NCBI RefSeq assembly: GCF_019464535.1
Contig: NZ_CP080507.1
Coordinates: 3,000,001 to 3,032,000 of the forward strand
Origin: Horticoccus luteus
GTDB lineage: Bacteria; Verrucomicrobiota; Verrucomicrobiia; Opitutales; Opitutaceae
DNA length: 32,000 bases
Direction of reading: 5' to 3'
This document shows, piece after piece, positions 26,589 to 32,000 of the stretch; the stretch's first letter is position 1; each line of letters begins with the position of its first letter. The position numbers were made by a program, and so were the translations under genes. Under the pieces are notes generated by a model that saw nothing but the letters and a program-made list of their open reading frames with translations, was not told the DNA's origin and did no database searches.

Positions 26589-27248
26589 ATGACTATCTCT
26601 GTTTCCATTCGCCCAGTCGAAATGTCCGACGCGGATTGTGTGCAGCGATACGCCGCAGACGTCCGACTTCATGCTACATGCAATTTGCCGTCTCCATACC
26701 CGGAGGGAGGTGCGGCCTCTTTCATCGATTTAACTCTCAAGGCCAACGATGCGGGAAAACAATTCACCTTCGCTGTCCTGAATTCTGGTGAGTTTGTCGG
26801 GCTTATTGGACTCAACGACGTCCATCTGGAAGAGAGAACTGCGGAGTTGGATTACTGGATCGGATTTCCGTTTTGGAATAGAGGGATTGCGACCTGCGCC
26901 GCTTCCTTGGCGATTGGCTATGCGTTTCAGAGCATTGGTCTGCAGACGTTGTTCAGCAGTGCTTTGATTCGAAACCCTGCGTCTCTCCGGGTCTTGGAGA
27001 AGAATGGATTTATTAAGGTCGGTGAACATTTTTATAACGGTCTTTGGAAGGATCGCTTCAGAGGAGAAATGTTAGCACGCCATCGTATCCTCAAATTTGA
27101 ACACCCTCCAAACCAGCGCATCGAATGCTCGGGGCCGTGTAGAAGTCCTCATGAACGAGCATCTCGTCGATTGAGCGACGATGAAACTCCATGGCACCAT
27201 CGGCAGCGGCCAAGGCGACTTCGCGCAGTGGATCGCGAAGCTCGGTGA
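26589..27248 (+). CDS. GNAT family N-acetyltransferase (RimJ/RimL, Acetyltransf_3-like) with an unusual 3' extension
   Basis: IRPVEMSDA..., AELDYWIGFPFWNRGIAT (acetyl-CoA P-loop-like Q/RxxGxA region) and NPASLRVLEKNGF. The last 45 aa or so look non-GNAT and overlap the next gene. Confidence 0.78.
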   Translation: MTISVSIRPVEMSDADCVQRYAADVRLHATCNLPSPYPEGGAASFIDLTLKANDAGKQFTFAVLNSGEFVGLIGLNDVHLEERTAELDYWIGFPFWNRGIATCAASLAIGYAFQSIGLQTLFSSALIRNPASLRVLEKNGFIKVGEHFYNGLWKDRFRGEMLARHRILKFEHPPNQRIECSGPCRSPHERASRRLSDDETPWHHRQRPRRLRAVDREAR

Positions 27249-27552
27249 TTACTACGAGTGCAAAACCGGTCTGCGGCTCTTTCCCGGCACGCTGAATATC
27301 CACTTTGCTCACGACGATCGCCTGCCCGCTAACTGCCTCCGCCTCGAAGGCCGCGAATACGGCGGATCCGTGAACATCAATCTCGTCCCTTGCAATATCT
27401 TCGGTCGCCGCGCGTTCATCCTGCGCACCGACGGCAACGAGGCGGGCGCGGGCGACCATCCCCGTTCCATCATCGAGATCGCGACCGACATCAAACTCCG
27501 CGACGCCTTCAATTTAACGGACGGAAGCCCGGTCGAAATTGAAATCGATTAA
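27181..27552 (+). CDS. DUF120 / archaeal-type CTP-dependent riboflavin kinase (RibK) homolog
   Basis: 123 aa. GTIGSGQGDF, FPGTLNIHF and HPRSIIEIATDIKLRDAFNLTDGSPVEIEI line up by eye with M. jannaschii RibK ([49 protein letters not shown]). Confidence 0.68.
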   Translation: MKLHGTIGSGQGDFAQWIAKLGDYYECKTGLRLFPGTLNIHFAHDDRLPANCLRLEGREYGGSVNINLVPCNIFGRRAFILRTDGNEAGAGDHPRSIIEIATDIKLRDAFNLTDGSPVEIEID

Positions 27553-27729
27553 GTGCGCTGACGCGCTTCTCGCCTGCGAGCCGGATCCCGTCCGCAGATT
27601 TCGGCTTTGAGGTCTCGCAGAAATTCCTCAAGGTCGCCGCCCTTCCTCCGATTAAAGACCATTCCAGCTCCCTCTACTCCCCGCCCGCGACCGATCGCTC
27701 CCGCGTGCAGACCGGTTTTTACCGCACCC

Positions 27730-28344
27730 ATGAACCTGCTCCGTTCCATTGCCCTCACCGCCCTCCGTCGGGCGTTGCTCCCGCTTGCCATCGTGGCCTT
27801 CACCGCCAGCGCGTCGGCTCAAATTCTCACCATCAACGTCAGCCAGCCCGACGCGGTCGTCTTCACCGGCACCGGCGCGTTCGCCAGCACCAACTATAGT
27901 TCCAACGACATGGTGATCGTCGCCCTGAAGGGCTTCTTCACCTCCAGTGCGCCCACCGGCCAGTTCCTGAGCAACACCGACACCTCCACACTCATTCCCG
28001 CCGGCTCCAGCTCGACGGTGACCATGGCGCACCCGTCCTACCAGATTTCCAACTGGCCCAACGTCGTGGATTTGGAGCTCAGCCATGGCTTCGGCAGCAC
28101 CGCCGTCAGCTACACCACGACGACCGCCGCCCTGCTGGGTTATTCCACCTTCAATTTGTCCGGCTACGCGCTCCCTTCGGCCGGCGCCACCGGCAATGTT
28201 TACGGCTTCGATTATACGACGGTGATCGGCACGTATGTCGTAACGACCGGCGCCATTCCCGAGCCTGCAACCTACGCGCTCGGCTTCGGCGCCTTTGCCC
28301 TTCTCGGCGCTCTCCTGCATCGCCGACGTCTCAAACAAAGCTGA
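27730..28344 (+). CDS. PEP-CTERM sorting-domain secreted protein
   Basis: N-terminal signal peptide (LLPLAIVAFTASASAQ) and a Ser/Thr-rich body. C-terminal IPEPATYALGFGAFALLGALLHRRR gives the PEP motif, TM helix and basic tail. Confidence 0.82.
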   Translation: MNLLRSIALTALRRALLPLAIVAFTASASAQILTINVSQPDAVVFTGTGAFASTNYSSNDMVIVALKGFFTSSAPTGQFLSNTDTSTLIPAGSSSTVTMAHPSYQISNWPNVVDLELSHGFGSTAVSYTTTTAALLGYSTFNLSGYALPSAGATGNVYGFDYTTVIGTYVVTTGAIPEPATYALGFGAFALLGALLHRRRLKQS

Positions 28345-28487
28345 CCACCGCACCCCGCATTCGCGCCATCGGGGCCGATCACTCCGATCGGACATTCGCC
28401 GCCACTCCGGTGGGACCTGCCGTCCTCCACCGTCCGCGCCCGAAACTCAGCTCGCGTCGGCCCTCCATGCTCGAGTAGTTTCGCGTC

Positions 28488-29009
28488 GTGTCTCCCTCTC
28501 CGACCGCACTCCCCGCACCTCAACCTGGCCAGCCCTGCTCCTGCGGCAGCGGACGCCTCTTCGACGATTGCTGCGGGCCGCTGCTCGCGGGCACGCGTCA
28601 ACCCGCCACCGCCGAGGAGTTGATGCGCTCGCGCTTCACCGCTCACGTCGCGCGCGACGACGCCTATCTTCACCGCACCTACCAGCCCACCGCCCATCTG
28701 CCGTTTAAGGACGATGAACGCCTCGCGCCCCTGGGCTGGACGCGCCTCGTCGTCCACTCCCACGAACCCGGCCGCAATCCTGATCACGCCTTCGTGGATT
28801 TTTCCGCTTACTTCGTCGACGAGGGAATCGAGCAGGCGCATCAGGAGCGTGCGGAGTTTAACCGCATCAACGGCCAGTGGCTCTTCGCCCGCCCAGTCCG
28901 CAGCGGTCCCGCCCCGATCAAATCGTCCGCGCCCAAAATCGGCCGCAACGATCCCTGCCCGTGCGGCAGCGGGAAAAAATACAAGCACTGCTGCCTCGCG
29001 AAAGCGTAA
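28488..29009 (+). CDS. ychJ: YchJ family protein (UPF0225, SEC-C motifs at both ends)
   Basis: N-terminal CSCGSG...CC, central [11 protein letters not shown]-terminal [18 protein letters not shown]. Collinear with E. coli YchJ. GTG start. Confidence 0.85.
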   Translation: MSPSPTALPAPQPGQPCSCGSGRLFDDCCGPLLAGTRQPATAEELMRSRFTAHVARDDAYLHRTYQPTAHLPFKDDERLAPLGWTRLVVHSHEPGRNPDHAFVDFSAYFVDEGIEQAHQERAEFNRINGQWLFARPVRSGPAPIKSSAPKIGRNDPCPCGSGKKYKHCCLAKA

Positions 29010-29186
29010 CGCTTTCCCTCGCCTCGCCGCGTCCTCGCCTCGCCGGCGCGCGTGCCTCGCCGCGACTGCGCCTCGCGCCTGGCCGCCGCCAGCCGATCCG
29101 CGCGACCAGTCTTCCCGTCGCGGCGCCGCCCATCCTATAGCGTTGCCGCCACCCGCCCGCGGCGCATGCTTTCGCGCCTACCCATC

Positions 29187-30575
29187 ATGAAACGTCTGTC
29201 CTTGCTCTTGCTGGCGGCTCTCGCCCCGGCATTCGCGGGCGCCGCGGATTCTCCGGCCGCGCCCGCCACCCCCGAAGGTTATTCCTTCGTGAAAACCGTC
29301 GGCGACATCTCGGAATATACGCTCGATTCGAACGGCCTCGACGTCCTGCTCATGCCCGACCATTCGAGCCCCACGCTCACCTTCATGGTCACCTACCACG
29401 TGGGCTCGCGCAACGAGGTCACCGGCACCACCGGCGCCACGCACTTGCTCGAACATCTCATGTTCAAAGGCAGCCCCAACTACAACGACGCCAAGGGCAA
29501 CAGCGTGAAACAGTTTCTCGAAAGCGTCGGCGGCAACTACAACGCCTCCACCTGGCTCGACCGCACCAACTACTACGCCAACATCGGCAGCGAACACCTC
29601 GAAGGCTACATGGCCATTGAGGCCGATCGCATGCGCAACCTCTGGCTTCGCGATTCCGACCGGAAGCCCGAGATGACTGTCGTGCGCAACGAATTCGAAC
29701 GCGGCGAAAACTCCCCCTTCCAGGCGCTCATCAAGGAAATTTTTCAAGCCGCCTACGTCGCGCATCCTTATCACCATTCCACCATCGGCTGGCGCAGCGA
29801 CATCGAGAATGTGCCGATCGAAAAACTGCGCGCGTTCTACGACACGTTCTATTGGCCCAACAATTCCACCGTGTCCGTCATCGGCGACTTCGAGCCCGCT
29901 GCCGCGCTCGCGCTCGTGAAAAAATATTACGGCGTCTACCCGCGTTCGCCGCATCCGATTCCGCAGATCTACACGACGGAGCCGGAGCAAACCGGCGCAC
30001 GCCGCGTGATCGTCAAACGCGCCGGCCAGCTCGGCGTCGTCTGCATCGCCGATAAAATCCCCGCCGCCACGCACCCCGATTTCGCCGCCATTCAGGTGCT
30101 CGGCACCATCCTCGGCGACGGCAAAAACAGCCGGCTCTACCGCGCGCTCACCGACAAAAACATCTCCACTGGCGTCAGCGTGTTTCCCTTCGCGAATCAC
30201 GACCCCTCGCTGATGTTCACCTTCATCCCGCTCGCGCCCGGCGCCACCCACGAGCAGGCCGAAAAAATCGCCCTCGAGGAGATCGCCCGCCTCCGCACCG
30301 ACGGCGTCACCGATGAAGAGGTGAAGACCGCCGCGGCGAAAATTCTCGCCGACGCCGCCTTCCAACGCGACGGCTCCTTCGCCATCGCCGGCAACCTCAA
30401 CGAGTGCATCGCCGCCGGCGATTGGACGCTCTATTATTCCCTCGAAGACGCCACGCGCAAAGTCACCGCCGCCGATGTGAAACGCGTCGCCGACAAATAT
30501 CTCAACGTCGATCAAAGCACGACCGGCTGGTTCATCCCGACCAGTTCCACCCCGGCCGCCGTCGCGAAGAAGTAA
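29187..30575 (+). CDS. M16 (pitrilysin/insulinase) family zinc peptidase, catalytic subunit, secreted
   Basis: Signal peptide MKRLSLLLLAALAPAFAGA. Inverted zinc motif HLLEHLMFKG (HxxEH) and a downstream NASTWLDRTNY region. Confidence 0.85.
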   Translation: MKRLSLLLLAALAPAFAGAADSPAAPATPEGYSFVKTVGDISEYTLDSNGLDVLLMPDHSSPTLTFMVTYHVGSRNEVTGTTGATHLLEHLMFKGSPNYNDAKGNSVKQFLESVGGNYNASTWLDRTNYYANIGSEHLEGYMAIEADRMRNLWLRDSDRKPEMTVVRNEFERGENSPFQALIKEIFQAAYVAHPYHHSTIGWRSDIENVPIEKLRAFYDTFYWPNNSTVSVIGDFEPAAALALVKKYYGVYPRSPHPIPQIYTTEPEQTGARRVIVKRAGQLGVVCIADKIPAATHPDFAAIQVLGTILGDGKNSRLYRALTDKNISTGVSVFPFANHDPSLMFTFIPLAPGATHEQAEKIALEEIARLRTDGVTDEEVKTAAAKILADAAFQRDGSFAIAGNLNECIAAGDWTLYYSLEDATRKVTAADVKRVADKYLNVDQSTTGWFIPTSSTPAAVAKK

Positions 30576-30588
30576 ACCTCAGCCGACC

Positions 30589-31926
30589 ATGAAAACACTC
30601 CTTCTTCTCTGCCTCTCCGCCGCGCTTGTCTCCGTGCCCGCGGCCGTCGCCGCCGACAGCATCGCCAGCCGCGCCGTGCGCACCACGATCGATGGCATCG
30701 ACGTCATCGCATATCCCACCGGCGTCAAAGACGTCGTCACCATCCGCGGCGCCCTCCCCGCCGGCGATGCGTTCGCCGATGACAACGTCGCCGTCGCCAC
30801 GCTCACCGGCATGATGCTGGACAAGGGCACGACCTCCGCCGACAAATTCGCCATCGCGCAAAAACTCGAAAGCGTGGGCGCCACGATCTCGTTCGACGTC
30901 GGCACCCAGATGGCCGAGGTCAACGCCAAGTGCCTCAAGAAAGACGCTGCGCTCGTCATCGGGCTCATCGCCGAGCAACTGCGCTCCCCGGCGTTTTCCC
31001 CTGAAGAGTTCGACAAAGTGAAGAAGCAGTTCGCCGGCGGTTTGAAGCGCCAGCTCGAAAGCACCGAGTTTCGCGCCGCCGACGCATTCACCCGCGCCGT
31101 CTATCCCCTCGGGCACCCCAACCGCCAGCCCGCGCCAGACGAACTCCTCGCCGCCGCCGCGAGCGCCAAACTCGATGACGTGAAGGCGTTTCACGCGAAA
31201 TACTACGGCCCCGCGCACATGACGCTCGTCATCGTGGGCGACCTCGACATCCCGCAACTCCAGCAGGACATCACGAAATCCTTCGCCGGCTGGACGGGCG
31301 GCGTCGACGTCATCCACCCCGCGAAGGCGAAGATGACCGATGCCGCGCGCGACCAAAACGTATTCATGGCCGACAAGACCAGCGTCACCGTGATCATGGG
31401 CGAATCGAGCGGCTTGCGTTACAGCGATCCCGACTATCAGGCATTGCGCGTGGGCACCGCGATCCTCGGCAGCGGTTTCACCGGTCGCTTGATGTCCACC
31501 GTTCGCGACAAGGAAGGTCTCACCTACGGCATCGGCTCCAATCTGGCGCACGACACGTTTAGCGATGGCGACTGGAAGATCAGCGCGACCTTCGCTCCGG
31601 CGCTCCTCGACCAAGGCCTCGCTTCCACGAAACGCCAGCTCGACCTTTGGTATGAGAACGGCGTCACGGATCAGGAACTCGCCCACCGCAAGACCGACCT
31701 CATCGGTTCGTTCAAGGTCGGCCTCGCCACCACCGACGGCATGGCGGCGAGCCTTCTCAACACGATTCATCGCGGCTACGACCTGAACTGGCTCGACGAA
31801 TATCCGAAGAAAATCGATTCGCTCACGACCGCGCAGGTCAACGGCGCCATCAAGAAATACGTGCGGCCCGATGAAGTCTATATCATCAAGGCTGGCACGA
31901 TCCCCGGCGCGACCGCTGCACCCTGA
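30589..31926 (+). CDS. M16 family peptidase-like protein lacking the HxxEH motif (probable non-catalytic partner), secreted
   Basis: Signal peptide MKTLLLLCLSAALVSVPAAVA. M16 fold signatures are present, but the zinc-motif position reads LTGMMLDKGT. It lies 13 nt downstream of the catalytic paralog. Confidence 0.8.
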   Translation: MKTLLLLCLSAALVSVPAAVAADSIASRAVRTTIDGIDVIAYPTGVKDVVTIRGALPAGDAFADDNVAVATLTGMMLDKGTTSADKFAIAQKLESVGATISFDVGTQMAEVNAKCLKKDAALVIGLIAEQLRSPAFSPEEFDKVKKQFAGGLKRQLESTEFRAADAFTRAVYPLGHPNRQPAPDELLAAAASAKLDDVKAFHAKYYGPAHMTLVIVGDLDIPQLQQDITKSFAGWTGGVDVIHPAKAKMTDAARDQNVFMADKTSVTVIMGESSGLRYSDPDYQALRVGTAILGSGFTGRLMSTVRDKEGLTYGIGSNLAHDTFSDGDWKISATFAPALLDQGLASTKRQLDLWYENGVTDQELAHRKTDLIGSFKVGLATTDGMAASLLNTIHRGYDLNWLDEYPKKIDSLTTAQVNGAIKKYVRPDEVYIIKAGTIPGATAAP

Positions 31927-32000
31927 CCGCCGCCCTGCGCGCCTCCGCGCCGGCTCCTCTGCGCTGCCGACGCAGTAACTTCACCTCAACGCCCGCCGGT

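Noticed and set aside
27549-27803. 84-aa minus-strand ORF in the gap after the DUF120 gene (C-terminus ...GGDLEEFLRDLKAEICGRDPARRREARQRT).
   Set aside because: It overlaps the well-supported PEP-CTERM gene start, has no recognisable family and has Gly/Arg-rich composition. It is probably spurious, though a small antitoxin-like remnant cannot be excluded.
23888-28344. Possible genomic island integrated at tRNA-Gly (tRNA followed by the unusual oxygenase, the low-GC GNAT/DUF120 pair and the PEP-CTERM gene).
   Set aside because: No integrase, recombinase or transposase is present. I could not find a direct repeat of the tRNA 3' end downstream. Only the 1-kb GNAT/DUF120 segment is compositionally deviant.
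1-32000. Window-wide look for CRISPR arrays, IS/transposon ends, prophage genes, toxin-antitoxin pairs and known defence-system genes.
   Set aside because: I saw no spaced repeat arrays, terminal inverted repeats flanking a transposase, or recognisable defence or phage domains by eye. An exhaustive repeat search would need software.

Overview
High-GC (roughly 60-68% by hand counts) bacterial chromosomal segment. It holds about 31 protein genes and one tRNA, almost all recognisable. The PEP-CTERM protein, the fused LpxC-FabZ and the weak or absent Shine-Dalgarno motifs suggest a Verrucomicrobiota/PVC-type genome, but this is inference only. Most of the window is core housekeeping. On the minus strand: the start of the dcw cluster (mraZ-rsmH-ftsL-ftsI) with a four-box MraZ-type operator, ligA, a Gfo/Idh/MocA oxidoreductase, NDH-2, a TAT-signal BNR-like protein, the lpxC/fabZ-lpxA pair and a six-hairpin glycosidase. 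On the plus strand: a small iron-permease-family protein, DUF971, hisI, an esterase, efp, fumA, tRNA-Gly(UCC), ychJ and a secreted M16 peptidase pair. I saw no CRISPR array, IS element, integrase or recognisable defence gene. The non-routine items are: (1) a single 762-aa ORF fusing a membrane desaturase-like di-iron oxygenase, a Rieske ferredoxin and an NqrF-type FAD/NADH reductase, resembling a fused MocD/MocE/MocF system, located just after the tRNA; (2) an approximately 1-kb low-GC islet encoding a GNAT acetyltransferase whose ORF overlaps by 68 nt a homolog of the archaeal CTP-dependent riboflavin kinase (DUF120); (3) an NtrC-type response regulator, stop/start-coupled to an isolated pilC/gspF gene, whose GAFTGA loop and Walker B motif are degenerate; (4) a LigD-like polymerase + 3'-phosphoesterase protein with no ligase domain, in a same-strand run with a DAG-kinase-family lipid kinase and a metallophosphoesterase; (5) an EF-P whose loop-tip residue is Asn instead of the normally modified Lys/Arg. 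All functional calls rest on by-eye motif recognition. No database search was run.
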